In this document: positions 44,036-57,350 of the stretch, piece by piece | Position numbering within the stretch: the stretch's first letter is position 1 | Layout of the letters: every line of letters starts with the position of its first letter | NCBI GenBank assembly: GCA_965153355.1 | Contig: OZ231126.1 | Span: 32,798,001-32,862,000 of the forward strand | Direction: 5' to 3' | Source: Flaccisagitta enflata | Lineage: Eukaryota | DNA: 64,000 nucleotides | The notes under the pieces: generated by a model | Told to the model about the DNA's origin: nothing | Seen by the model: only the letters and a program-made list of their open reading frames with translations | Database searches by the model: none | Program-made: the position numbers and the translations under genes

Positions 44036-46074
44036 TGTATCGGCGTGGCCCGGCCCGGGTTAAAACAACTCAAGGAAGCCTATGCGAGTGTTTAGCACTA
44101 CCCCGGACTGGGCCGAGTGCAGGAAGCGGTGATTCTGTGGAAAAGCTATGGAAAAATGGACGTGCTGAGGAAATAAGTGAATGCGATGGGGGACTCATTT
44201 TCAGACGCTTCCGGACTCGAAACAGAATCATGGAGGGCGTAAGGAAAGGGGAAAAAGGGGGTTTCCAATGCTTGGGGATAGAGGGGAAGGCTGAGCTGAG
44301 GGCAGTTGTGTAGGAAGAGGAGACAAAAGAACAAGGAGAAGAAGAAGAAGAAGAAAAAGAAAAAGAAAAAGAAGAAGAAGAAAAAGAAAAAGAAAAAGAA
44401 AAAGAAAGAAGAAGAAGAAGAAGAAGAAGAAGAAGAAGAAGAAGAAGAAGAAGAAGAAGAAGAAGAAGAAGAAGAAGAAGAAGAAAAAGAAAAAGAAAAA
44501 GGTTGAAAAAAGACAAAAGCAATAAATAAAAGAAATGGAGAACAACAAAAATGAACAACAAAAAACAAGGAAGAAAAAATCCGATCAAAAGGGAGAAAAA
44601 GAAGAGAAGATACATTAAAACTAGGGCCCAACGATGCCCCCAGAGAAAAATTTCGGTCTTGAGAGTTGAGACGTGAGATAATTCTAGATGACTTTATGTT
44701 TTGATAATCAGGGGCGTCTAACGACTTAATTGCACATAAAACCGTCACGGCCGCTGATTCGTAAATATGGATGAAGCCTTGAAAAATCTCGCCAAAATCT
44801 GGCTCTCCCCAAAGGCAAATGGTTAAATTGCTTATTTATACAATTTTACGAAAAGGCGGTACATGTTATCGAGGTCCTTGATCGTTTTTTTTTTTCTGTG
44901 GAGGGATTTATAAACTTGATGCAAGAGAGAGAAGTGTTTCTAATGACTGAGATATTAGAACTGTTAGCCTAGAAGGTAGTAAAACTCCTTGTCAAGAAGG
45001 CAATTATGTCTTAGATTTGATTTTGAGAGAAATCGATGCAACTTTTCAAATACGTGGATCGGATTTCAACATCAATCTAGAAGATCAATTATCACTTCTA
45101 AGCCTACTGAAGAACATCTGTCCGTCCATCCATCCCTTTTTCGGGTGGGTGGGATGTTGTCAACTCCATTAGGGCCATTACACTTTTGATCAGAAACCAT
45201 AGGCGTAGTTCTCCGCCCTCGATGACCATGGTAAGGAATCGAATGCCCGATCTCAGCATCTTTACATCTGTCACGTCCCTTACAAGACGCCTAGTCGCCC
45301 GGTTGGCCTTGACATTCTCGCCACAGAGAAAAAACATAAAATTTGAGAAGTAAAAACATAAAGACAAAAAAACATGCACAATCAGTTTGAAATGAAATGA
45401 AAAGAATATATATCAACGGTGATGGAAATGACGATATATATTACAAATATATGAAAATAGGACGTTAACTCACTATCTGAAATCTAGAGTCACCAGTGAG
45501 TAACCATAAAAGCCGAAGCTTAAAAGGCGTTGAGACCAAAAATAGGAAACATCAAAATCTTCCGACCATGAAATAGCCAGAATCAAAATGCGCATAGGAA
45601 ATAGGGTAGATTCAGGGCAATTTCTAAGTTTATGTGGCAATCTACTCGGTGCGTCTCGCATTTTTTGGTCGATCAGTCTGTGCATTTGTCAACCACGCCT
45701 CAGTGGAGGGAAATTTATGAAGTGTGGCTGAACTCATTTAGTTGCCAAGTTTTTTGGATGTTTCGCTTTTCAGCGACTGTCTATTTGCGCTATCATGTCT
45801 GTATCCGTCCAATACTGAATCTCCGTCACTAGGTTTTAGAGACGTGCACGCGACTCTTTTTGTCTACAAGACTATAACCAGCTTTATCGGTTCGTCTGCT
45901 GGTCCATCGGCCCATCCCCATCCCACTGTCCGTTCATCCGTCACACCTTACATCTTTGGAATTTATGGGGTTTTTCACCGTTTTTAGCCTCACTGCTCCT
46001 GCCTAAATGCTCCACTGACCTCAAATACTTTCTCTCACTCTGTCTGTGTGTCTGTCTTTCTGTCTCTTTCTCTT

Positions 46075-46132
<58 letters not shown>

Positions 46133-46280
46133 ATTAAAGAGTATAGTTCTGCCGTTTGGACTTTGGTTTGTTGCAATATATCCTATTCACCCTCTTTCAC
46201 TTCATATTATTTTTGACGAATTGTCATCTAATCAAGTGTTTAGCTTTGATTGCTCCTAGCGTGGGTGTCCAACTAATGAA

Positions 46281-46812
46281 TAGTCGCAAAAGCGTCAGAT
46301 GGTCAGCGGTACCCGTTGCCCCTTAGCGAATGTTAGATGTGAAAGTGAGAGGGGCAGCGGCCCCGAAGGAGCCGATGACCTATGCTTAGCTAGAATTTGA
46401 GTATTTAGGCAGGATTTTAGCCTTTAGGAAGGGATTGGAGCCATGAGGCTGGAATTGGAACCCCAAAGCTGGTATTGGAGCCTCGGGGCTGAGATTGGAG
46501 CCTCGAGTCTGGGATTAGAGCCTCGAGGCGGGAATTGGAGCTTCCAGGCTGGGATTTGAGTCTCAAGGCTGGGATTAGAGTCTGGAGGCTGGGATTGGAG
46601 CCTCGAGGCTGGGATTTGAGCCATGAAAATAGGAATGGAGTCTTGAGGCTTGGATATGAGGCCTAAGGCTGGGATTTTTGCTGAGGTTGAAATAGAGGCT
46701 TCAAAGTCGGGGGGGGGGGGACGGAGAAGGAGAAGGAGGAGGAGAAGAAGAAGGAGAAAGTTTCCCATATGTGTGAAAGCATAGGTCATCGGCCCCTTCG
46801 GGGCCGCTGCCT
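46281..46812. mobile_element. Copy of the GC-rich dispersed repeat family
   Basis: Shares GGTCAGCGGTACCCG and CCCATATGTGTGAAAGCATAGGTCATCG..GGGGCCGCTGCC ends with 41870-42185. Confidence 0.55.
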
Positions 46813-47234
46813 AAAAACGAAGGTGAGATCGCTAGTCGCTTTCACATCGCTCTACCCACAGCTTCCGCGGGCGTTCCCCAAGTGGCTTGTGTTGTTGCCT
46901 GGGACACCCTTTCAAATTTATGATGCCAAATACCATTGGTGGTGATGGGGAGAACGACATAGGGTTTCATTAGATTTTTTGCTATTATGTCACAGCAAAA
47001 AATAATTAGCTCCGACTTCAACGAAGAAAATTTTTCAATATCAATTTTATCCAGACTCCATGCAAACCATAACGTTTCACTCGTCGTTCTCTGTACCCTT
47101 AATTCCGCAAAATAGAATGTCCATGATGAAACGAACACGCATCAGCTTAAGCACGTTCTGGATAAGGTAGTGTTTGCTGCCGTATGCAAAGAGGATCGCT
47201 GATGTATTCTCTGTCGATGTCGATGTCGATGTCG

Positions 47235-47403
<169 letters not shown>

Positions 47404-47482
47404 GTCAGTTAAGACAGATGATATTCCTTGTTTTTATATCATTTGCCGCGCGGTGCCTGCTTCCGAGCTCGTCAGAGACTCA

Positions 47483-47739
47483 GGGGGCGATTCTAGTCAG
47501 AGACAACAGGCCACTTGGTCGCTCGCTGCGTTTGTTCGCTTGCACCGCTCACTTCGCTCACTCGTTCTGCAGCGCTTCGCTTCGCTACACTCGCCTTGCT
47601 TGCACGCTCCATTAACGGGCTCGCTCACTCACTTTGCTCACTCCCTCGTGGGACGATGGAATTTCATGAATATGTGTTCACGCTGTGAACGCGTTTCACA
47701 GGAACAAACGCGTTTTTCATCTTCACTAGAAACACGCCC
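47483..47739. mobile_element. MITE, PIF/Harbinger-like
   Basis: Imperfect TIRs GGGGGCGATTCTAGT...ACTAGAAACACGCCC flanked by the direct repeat TCA; internal CGCTC(A)-rich repeats. Confidence 0.5.
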
Positions 47740-48765
47740 TCAGAGGTCTTTTACTCACGCCACGTTTTCCACAGTTGTACACAAACCAGGACTGTCGTCG
47801 TTCCCGTTGCCTTTGTCGTCACCGTTTCAGTCAACGTTGCCCTCACACTATTTCACCCTACGCCCTGCACACTCCTTTACTGCGTGAGGTGCAAAAGCAG
47901 CAACAGATGGTAGCCGACTGATGACTTGGAAAGTTGAACTCCTGGGTCAGACAGGTGATGAGGTATTAAAGAAAGGGGAAAAGGGGGTTGACCAACACCA
48001 GTGGACGGGAACCAACGTAAGACAGCTTCCCTGCGCAGGCAACATTTGTGTTTCAAAGAATGTCAAAATGAAAAAAAAATGTATGAATGAAAATAAAAAA
48101 AAATAAATAAAAGTGATTGTGATGGCTCAGGCATTATATCTAAAAGAAAAAATTGCTATCAATTATCAAGAGAATCAAGTTTAGCCATTGTTACTAAAAA
48201 AATTGTTTTGAAAATTTGTACTTATTTTATTTTTGGTCACTGACAGGGGGCTAGCCGAAATTCTTAATTTGCATAGGAAATGAAGAAATGAAAAAACAAA
48301 GAACTTAGTTCTCTCCCCAAATCGATTACAGAGAGAACTATGTTTTTCAAAATACAAAATTTACCTGTGTTTGTCTTTCTTAAAATTTCGTCCTCAGACA
48401 GTAAAAAAAAGTGTAAGCAGAAATCTATGCTTGTTTTCATGTGAATTGCATAGCTCAAATTACATTTTAACTCAAAATATGATAAAAGTTTATGCACCAA
48501 GTGTCTTTAGAAACAATTTGTCAAATAGCATTCTAGCTTCATTATGATCTTGATGATAATGCAAAAAGTATAGTGAAACACTGCATTTTCCTTCATAAAT
48601 TTTCCGTCGTAAGAAATTTCTCGATTTGGGTGTCTTTTGTGATTTTTGAAAATGATGATGTGTAATGGTAAGGTGGGATAAATGGCTGGTTGCTGAAAAA
48701 CTGAGATGTACGAATCGGAGGTTGGTTATTACTACTGTGATCATCAGCCATAGCTTCACCATTGA

Positions 48766-51467
48766 TTGATCGATCCTGGTATATCGTCCCTGATTTTGGC
48801 CATGGTAATTAACAGTACTTAAACGCCGTTAATTAACACTTTATAGGTACTATAAAATTAACTAAGAAAAATATTTTTTTATTTTTGAGAAATTCAATGA
48901 AAATAAGTGCTAAAAGCTGTTGTTAATTATCAGGTACCTATATGCTGTTAATTAACATGCTATTTTTAGGTGCGACAAAGCACCTCTATAACTGGCTGTG
49001 TCCGTTGGTCGGTCGGTCGGTCGGTCGGTCGGTCGGTCGATTGGGTAACGCATTCGTTCGACGATCCACACGTCGCACCTTATTGGCCTACTTGGCCTTG
49101 TTGATGTTAATTAACACCCTATTTTATGCGTTAATTAACACAAAAAAAATATAGATTATTAACAATTTGTTAAAAATATACAATTTTTTTGTGTTAATTA
49201 ACAGGTCAAATGTGGTGTTAATTAACATCAAAAACAGTGTGTAAATTAACACAAAGAAAATATAGATTATTAACAATTTGATCAGGTACCTATATGCTGT
49301 TAATCAATATGTTGTTTTTTATATTAATTAACACCAGATTTCATGCGTTGATTAACACACAAAAAAATATGAATTATTAAAATTGCTGTTAATTAACATG
49401 CTGTTTTTGATGTTAATTAACACTACATTCCACCAGTTAATTAACACAAAAAAACTTAGATTATTAACAAATTAATAAAGACATACAGTAGATGTCGTCT
49501 ATAATTGGAAATACAGGGGCCCTCATACCATAACTACCATTTATGCCAGTGAAATGAAACTGTGTGTGTATAATGCTTATGTCCTATAGGGTTGACGATG
49601 GGGTATGGCAGCTCTGTGGAAAGAAAATTCTTTTGAATATACTAAATCATATTAGCTCCACATGAACAGCCGTCGGAATTGGTCTAGTGGTTAACTCACT
49701 TAACTTCAGATTTATCATGAGCACTTTATTTCTTCAAAGGTTCTAGGTTCAAACCCCAGGCTGGTTTTGCAACTTAAGCAAATAGATAAAGCTGAAATTC
49801 TGCCATAAAAGTGATTGATCCTAATGTTTTATACTAAAAGTTGTTTTTGTAAGGTAAGCGGTAGGGGGAAGCCATACCCCATCGTCAACCCCTAAGGGTC
49901 TATAGATTACACCAGCAAAATATCATTCCCCTCATTGTACTGATGCTCAGGTTATGAGCTCCCCCGTATTTCCAAGTCTAGACGACATCTACTGTACAAT
50001 TTTTTTGTATTAATTAACGGGTGAAATGTGGTGTTAAATAACATCAAAAACAGCCTGTTAATTAACACAGAAAAAATAAAGATTATTAACAAATTGATTG
50101 AGTACATATATGCTGTTAATCAACATGCTGTTTTTTATGTTAATTAACACCAAATTTCATGCATTAATTAACACCAAAAAATATTGATGATTAACACATT
50201 GTTAAAGATATACAATTTTTTTGTATTAATTAACGGGTGAAATCTGGTGTTAATTAACAGCATAGAGGTACCTTATCAATTTGTTAATAATCTATAATTT
50301 TTCTGTGTTAATTAACACACTGTTTTTGATGTTAATTAACACCACATTTCATGCGTTAATCAACACAAAAAGAATATGGATTAAAAACAAATTGTTGAAA
50401 ATATACAATGTTTTAGGGTTAATTTAAGAGTGAAATATGGTGTTAATTATCATCAAAAACAGTGTGTTAATTAACACAGAAAAAATATAGATTATTAACA
50501 AATTGATCAGGTAACTCTATGCTGTTAATTAACACCACTTTTTACCCGTTAATTGATACAAAAAAATTGTATATCTTTAACAATTTGTTAATCATCAATA
50601 TTTTTTTGTGTTAATTAATGCATGAAATTGGGTGTTAATTAACATCAAAAACAGCATGTTGATTAACAGTATATAGGTACCTGATTAATTTGTTAATAAT
50701 CTATATTTTTTCTGTGTTAATTAACAGGCTGTTTTTGATGTTAATTAACACCACATTTCACCCGTTAATTAACACCAAAAAATTGTATGTCTTTATTAAT
50801 TTGTTAAAAATCTATGTTTTTTTGTGTTAATTAACGGATGAAATGTGGTGTTAATTACCATCAAAAACAGCATGTTAATTAACAGCATAAAGGTACCTGA
50901 TTACTTTTTTGATAATCTATATTTTTTTGTGTGTTAATTAACGCATGAAATCTAGTGTTAATTAATATAAAAAACAGCATGTTGATTAACAGCATATAGG
51001 TTCCTGATCAGATTGTTAATAATCTTTATTTTTTTGAGTTAATTAACACACTGTTTTTGATGTTAATTAACACCACATCTCACCTGTTAATTAACACCAA
51101 AAAATTGTATATTCTTAACAATTTGTTATTAATCTATATTTTTTTTGTGTTAATTAAAGCATAAAATGGGGTGTTAATTAACATCAAAAATAGCATGTTA
51201 ATTATCAGCATATAGGTACCTGATAATTAACAACATTTTTTAGCACTTATTTTCATTGAATTTCTAAAAAAAAAAATTTCTTAGTTAATTTCATGGTACC
51301 TATATACCGTTAATTAACAACTATTTTTAAGTGTTAATTAACAGCATAAAAACTACCATTAATTAATGATACTTTTTTGCCTTTTATTAACAATTTTGTT
51401 AATTAGAGGCGTTAATGTGCCGTTAATTAACGCAGGGTAAATCGCTCACGATATATCTCGATCGATG
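48766..51467. mobile_element. Foldback-like element built from GTTAATTAAC-rich satellite units, with nested insertions
   Basis: ~48826-48965 is the reverse complement of ~51185-51320; dozens of TTAATTAA palindromes; HINE-like insert at ~48963-49100 and MITE at ~49486-49994. Confidence 0.65.
49486..49994. mobile_element. TA-flanked MITE (Tc1/mariner-type ends)
   Basis: TA|CAGTAGATGTCGTCTA ... TAGACGACATCTACTG|TA; second internal inverted pair GGGTTGACGATGGGGTATGGC / GCCATACCCCATCGTCAACCC; a related end occurs at ~59908. Confidence 0.7.
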
Positions 51468-51645
51468 AGGACCATTGAGTCAAGCCACAGTTGGGTGCTT
51501 CGCATTGCAAAAGTTGGTTATTTCTTTTCGCCTTATTTACTTAATGTGGAGCGATTAATTTTAGGACCCTTACTATTTTTGTTTTATCAAAAATCATTCA
51601 TCTTCCGTTTTTTAGAAAATTGCTTTTGAGGACTTAATTTGCATA

Positions 51646-52660
51646 ATGCATTGGGATGAAACAATAAATCTGAGAAAGGAATTATCTCAGGTGAAAAAGA
51701 TTCAGGAGGTGACAAATTCTGTTTTTGCTGATATGCATAAGGAAATTTCATCTGTTGGTGGGAAGGTGAACGTCTTGATGGAATCTATCAGTGAGGAAGT
51801 TAACAACATGGTGTCCAAGGCTGTTACCAAGGCAATTCTTGACAATGGGGGAATAGCAGCCGAAGCAATGAATAAGCATTGGGCCTCTCACCTTTTAGAC
51901 ATTGCAAAGGAACAGGTAGAAATGAACGAGGGGCAAACTTACAGCGAAATAAAAGCCTGGGAAGGCTCAACTGGCAGCACCAGAAAATCGTTGAAGAGCA
52001 GGATAAAAGAATCGCGAATGTCAACGGATGTGCAGGAAGAAAAGTAAAAAGTTATTGATGTTCAATCATCAAAGGATGATTTTGAGAATTTGAAGGATCT
52101 TGTGTCGCAAAATTAGAGATAGGAATGGATGAATTAAGAAAAAATTCTGCCGTGTCACCACAAATTCTCTCATCTGCTCCAAATGAATTCCATCAAAGTG
52201 ACCTAAAAAAGAACAACTTGATTATCTTTGGTCTAGAGGAAAGCAATGAAGCCCTTAATAAAGAAGTTGTTGATGACCTTTTTCATGATCTTGGAACTGT
52301 TATAACAAGTGATGAATATCAATGCTTTAGAGTTGGGAAGTACAACAGTCAAAATTACTGACCACTTGTCATCAAACTGCCAAATGCCATTATCAAAAAT
52401 GATATCTTAGCCAAAAAAAAAAAAATAAAAGGCAACAAAAAATGGAAAGGAGTGAGCATCACCCATGATTTGACAAAAATGCAGTGCGCTGAAGAGAAAA
52501 CAAATGAGCTTCTTCTCCGACAAGAAGCTGACAAAAGGAATGAAGGCCTATCACCAGAGGAAAAGCTTAGAAAAATTTGGAAAGTTATTGGTGGACGTGG
52601 ATCAAGAGCTGGCCAGTCTCCTCTTAATCACAACCTAAGTGCCCTATTCTGCAAACAATA
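51646..52660 (+). pseudogene. Degenerate LINE ORF1-like coding remnant
   Basis: Coiled-coil-like N-terminal part then KKNNLIIFGLEES...FRVGK...(R)PLVIKL...VSITHDLTK, motifs typical of non-LTR ORF1 RRM regions; interrupted by stops. Confidence 0.6.
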
Positions 52661-53675
52661 ACAATAATGTTAAATGAAATTTATACATTTTTTTCGACAA
52701 ATTAACATTTTCAACAATGAAATCATCACTAATGAAAACAATGACACAACAAAGGAAAAACCATCTTATAGTGCATCAAACAACAAAAACAACAATTACA
52801 ACACCAATTCAAGAAACATCCCTCAGTGCAGTGCCGGCAGCATGAACATTTCTACCAAACTTCCTACAAGAAATTTTCACCTTGAAACCATCGGGCAATT
52901 CAACATTAACGGCCTGTTTCTTTCAGGCCGTTGCGTATGTTTCTATCCTTCACTGTTTCTATAGGATGAACCAAACGCCGATGGACAAGATTCTGCTGGG
53001 GTTTGTCTGCCGCTGTCTTCTTTCTTTTACAGATGGATTCAATTGCGATTGAGCTTGGCAGTGCTGAAGACATCAGGAACAGCAACAGCCACAACAAGGA
53101 CATCAACAACAACCACATAACAATAGCGTACAATAAATTACATCAACAACAACAATAATAACAACAACAAACAGCAGCATCAACAATCACAGATCAATGA
53201 CAGGGTCCAACGATCATGCCACGATGGTATCGCCGCGACAGTTGTGGCGACAGCTGCGGCGACAGCTGCGGCGACTGCTGCGGCGACAGCTGCGGCGACA
53301 GCTATGAGGACCGCTGTGGCGACAATTACGGTGAAACAAATATAAACAGCAACGGCGATAGCAGCGGCGACACCAAAAACACCGATGATATTGGAACTAT
53401 ATCAATAATGACGATGACAATGACAACAACAGCAACAAAATAGGCGATATCAGCAACAACGACATACTATGCACAATGACAACATCATATTATTGGAATT
53501 GTTTTGGGATCTATTAGGATCTAAAACAAACTAAAATCTATCAACTTGTGAATACGTGAAGAAATCAAACAATATCTTACGTTTAAGGTTTTTATAATAA
53601 CAGCAACTATTTGTTTGGACCCCCTTAGGGCTCAAAGTTAGACATATACATTATATTATAAAGGATGATTATATA

Positions 53676-56100
53676 ACTTGAAAGATCTTAGTCGCAACAA
53701 AATAGAGATGCAGGAATGGATGAATTAAGAAAAATTCTGCCGTGTCACCACAAATCCTCTCATCTGCTCCAAATGAATTCCATCTAAGGGAACCAAAAGA
53801 ACAACCTGATTATCTTTGGTCTAGGGGAAAGTAATGAAGCCCTTAATGAAGAAGTTATTGATGAACTTTTTCATGATCTTGGAACTGTTATCACAAATGA
53901 TGAATATCAATGCTTCAGAGTGGGTAAGTACAACAGTCAAAATTGCCGACCACTTGTCATCAAACTGCCAAATGCCATTATCAAAAGTGATATCTTAGCC
54001 AAAGCAAAAATGGTTAAAGGCAATTTAAAAAATGGAAAGGAGGAAGACCACCCATTACTTGACCAAAATGCAGTGTGAAGAAGAGAAACAAATGAGCTCT
54101 CTCTTTCTCACAAGAAGCTGTCAAAAGGAACGAAGGCCTATCACCAGAGGAAAAGCTATGTATCTGGAAAGTTGTTATGGACGTGGGGATCAAGAGCTTT
54201 GGCTTCGCCTCTTTAATCACAACCGAAGTGGCCTTTATTCTTCAACAACAACAACAACAATAACAGAAATGACAATGACATTTTTTTTTCGACAAATCAA
54301 CATTTTCAACAATGAAATCATCACTAATAGAAAAGACAATGACACAACAATGGAAAAAGCCATCTTATAGTGCATGTGTAAAAAAGAAAACAACAAGAAC
54401 AATAATTACAACACCGATCCAAAGAAACATCCCTCAGTGCAGTGCCGGCAGCATGAACATTTCTACCAAACTTCCTACAAGGAATTTTTACCTTGAAACC
54501 ATCGGGCAATTCAACATTAACGGCCTGTTTCAACAACAGCAGCAATGACAACATGAACAAAAGCATTGACAACAGTAACAACAGCAACAACAACAACAGC
54601 AACAACAACAACAACAACAACAGCAACAACAACAACAACAGCAACAGCGGCAACAACAGCAACAGCAACAGCGGCAACAACAGCAACAAACAACAATCGA
54701 AAGAAATATTCCACATGTCGGCAGGGCAGTACAAACGTTCTAACAATCTTGCTACAAGGAAATTATTCACCTTGAAACCATCGGGCAATTCATCTTTAAC
54801 GGCCTGTTTCTTTCAGGCCGTTGCCGGTATGTTTCTATCCATCACTGATTCTATAGGATGAACCAAACGCCACTAGACAAGGTTCTGCTGGGGTTTGTCT
54901 GCCGCTGTCTTCTTTCTATTACAGATGGGATCCATTACGTTTGAACTGGGCAGCGCTTACATCAGAAACAGCATCATAAAACTAGTCATCCAAGGATTGC
55001 ACATGGTCAGCGGTACCCGATGCCCTGCTTGGAGTGATCAATCAGAAGAAGTTTTTTTTTTTTTTGGGCAGCGCCCTAAAGGGCCGATGTCCTGTAGGAC
55101 ACAGGGGTGAATTTCAGACGCCCTGAGGAAGGCATAATAAAGGGCTGATTATTAGATCAATTAGCACAGTAATGAGGCATGTTAGGGCTGATTTGGGGGT
55201 CAAGGGGTTGAATAGCATCAAGGATGAGGGAAGATTAGGGACCTGAGAGGGTTATTTTGAGGGCTGAATTGAGACTTAAGTGATCAGATTCTAGGTTTGA
55301 TAGGGCTGGTTGCAGGCCTGAAATGCTTGATTTTTAGCCTGACAAGGCTGATTGAGGGTATTGGAGAGCTAATTTTGGAGCTGAGGGGCTGATTTTGGCC
55401 TGAGAGAGGACTGTTTTTTGGCCGTAGAGGCTGATTTTGGGCCTCCGGAGAGGGCTGATTATGGGCCTGAGAGGGTTGGGAGAGCTTGGGGCCTGGAGAG
55501 GGTCAGATTTCCAGTTTGAGAGGGCCAATTTGGGCTTGAGAGGGCTGATTTGGGGCCTGGAGAGGGGCTCCTGGGGGACGTAGCACGACGCATGGGACGT
55601 ACGGACGCACGTGACGTCTGGAAATTCCCCCCAGAGCCCTATATGACAACGGCCCTTTGGGGAAGCTGCCCAAAAAGGACAATATGCCACGGCGACAGCC
55701 GCGGTGACAGCCGCAGCGACAGCTGCGGTAACAGCTGCGGCGGCAGCTGCGGCGATATTAGCGGCGACAGCTGAGGCGATGGCTGCGGCGACAGCTGAGG
55801 CGACAGCGGCGGCGACAGCGGCGTCGACAGCAGCGGCGACAGCTGCAGAGTTACATGCAGCAACAACAACGGCGATAGCTGCGTTGACACCAAAAACACT
55901 GATGTCTTCAGCAACAACTCTTTCAACAATGACAATGAACAACAACAGCGACAAAATAGGCAATATCAGCAACAACGACAATGACAACGACAATGACAAC
56001 ATCAACTCAGTGGAGTTAGTTTGTAAATTGGAATCGATTGGGACTGGCATAATCTGCGGATCTAGACTTGTGAAGGCGTGAAGAAAAACAAATATTATTA
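53676..56100 (+). repeat. Diverged tandem duplicate of ~52086-53580, interrupted by a dispersed repeat at ~55000-55680
   Basis: GGAATGGATGAATTAAG, TTCCTACAAG, GCGGCGACAGCT units and GTGAAGAAA recur in the same order. Confidence 0.7.
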
Positions 56101-56323
56101 ATTTCGTTCAAAATTTTTGTACTGGTATCAGTATAACCACTACTATCTTGCTAAAACAAGATAGTAGTTATGGACTCTCGTCTGCTGGTTGCTATACTTT
56201 ATATTAGGCTATATTATTATGGTCAATGTGCTTCTTTAATACTTAAGAACTTGAGAACGACTTTTTAATGAAGGAATGAACGAACAAATAAATGAATAAA
56301 TGAATCAGGGAATGAATGAATCA

Positions 56324-56407
<84 letters not shown>

Positions 56408-56869
56408 AAAAAAAGAAAGAAAGAAAGAAAAAAAGAAAAGAGGATGAAAAAAAGAAGTTGGGAGGGCATGAATTGTTACAGATTGAAGAAAGATGTCGAA
56501 CTAGTCGTTTTGTGTATAAAGAATGGGATTATGGATCAACCAACCAATCAACCAAGAAACAGACCATCCAACCAACCCACAGAATCAAATCAGATAAAAA
56601 GAAAGTGCGCATCACTCAATGATCATTTCGCGCTTGGCATGTGGACGTGGAGGAACAAATGCTTTAAAAAGATCTAAGAGCAATTATCACCATTTCCTAA
56701 CTATGAAAAATGCCAAGCAAAATGACAGCGGGCCCGTCGGGCCGCAGCTAGGAAAAATAGCGGGCCCGACAGCACAAATGCGGGCCTTTAGCCCGCGGGC
56801 CCGCTCTAAAATCAGGGCTGGGCATAATTTGGCCCAGTTTCTTGGGAGACGGTCTAGTGGAGCTCAACT

Positions 56870-57350
56870 GTACTTTAATTTTATTTCTTTAGCTTCAAAT
56901 TTAGTATTTAAGTTAGTTTAGGGACACTTAATTCCTTGAACATATCTAGCTGTCAAAAAAGTAAACTCATGAAATCTCAATCCATGAAGACATCATTTTA
57001 GAGTTAAGTGTTCTTACCCAAACCATTAGATTCTGCGGAAAATTTTTAGAGGTTTTACCTCTATTCTAAGTTTTTTAGCACAATTGTTCTGAAAAAACGT
57101 AAGACAATTGTCAAAAAAAACTGGCCGTAAACCCGGTAAAAATGGTCCGATTGGGCTGATTTTTCTTTTCAAATTATGCAGAATTGTCCGCTGAATCTAA
57201 TGGTCTAGGTTAGAACACTCTGAAATTATGTCTACATGGACTTAGGTTTCAAGAGTTATTTTTTTCTGACAACGAAATATGTTCAAGGAATCAAATGTCC
57301 CTAAACTAACTTAGATACCAAATATAAATCTAAAGAAATGAAACTAAAAC
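56870..57350. repeat. Imperfect inverted repeat (MITE-like hairpin)
   Basis: TTAGTTTAGGGACACTTAATTCCTTGAACATAT (~56915) pairs with ATATGTTCAAGGAATCAAATGTCCCTAAACTAA (~57280). Confidence 0.55.

Noticed and set aside
47055-47115. Possible cadherin exon 9 after tttatccAG (KLHANHNVSLVVLC…)
   Set aside because: No cadherin motifs and an in-frame stop before any donor.
49668-49765. tRNA gene
   Set aside because: A and B box-like motifs are present but acceptor and anticodon stems do not pair.
55334-56081. Ala/Thr-rich ORFs resembling antifreeze or mucin proteins
   Set aside because: Derived from GCGGCGACAGCT minisatellite units and a dispersed repeat; open on both strands.
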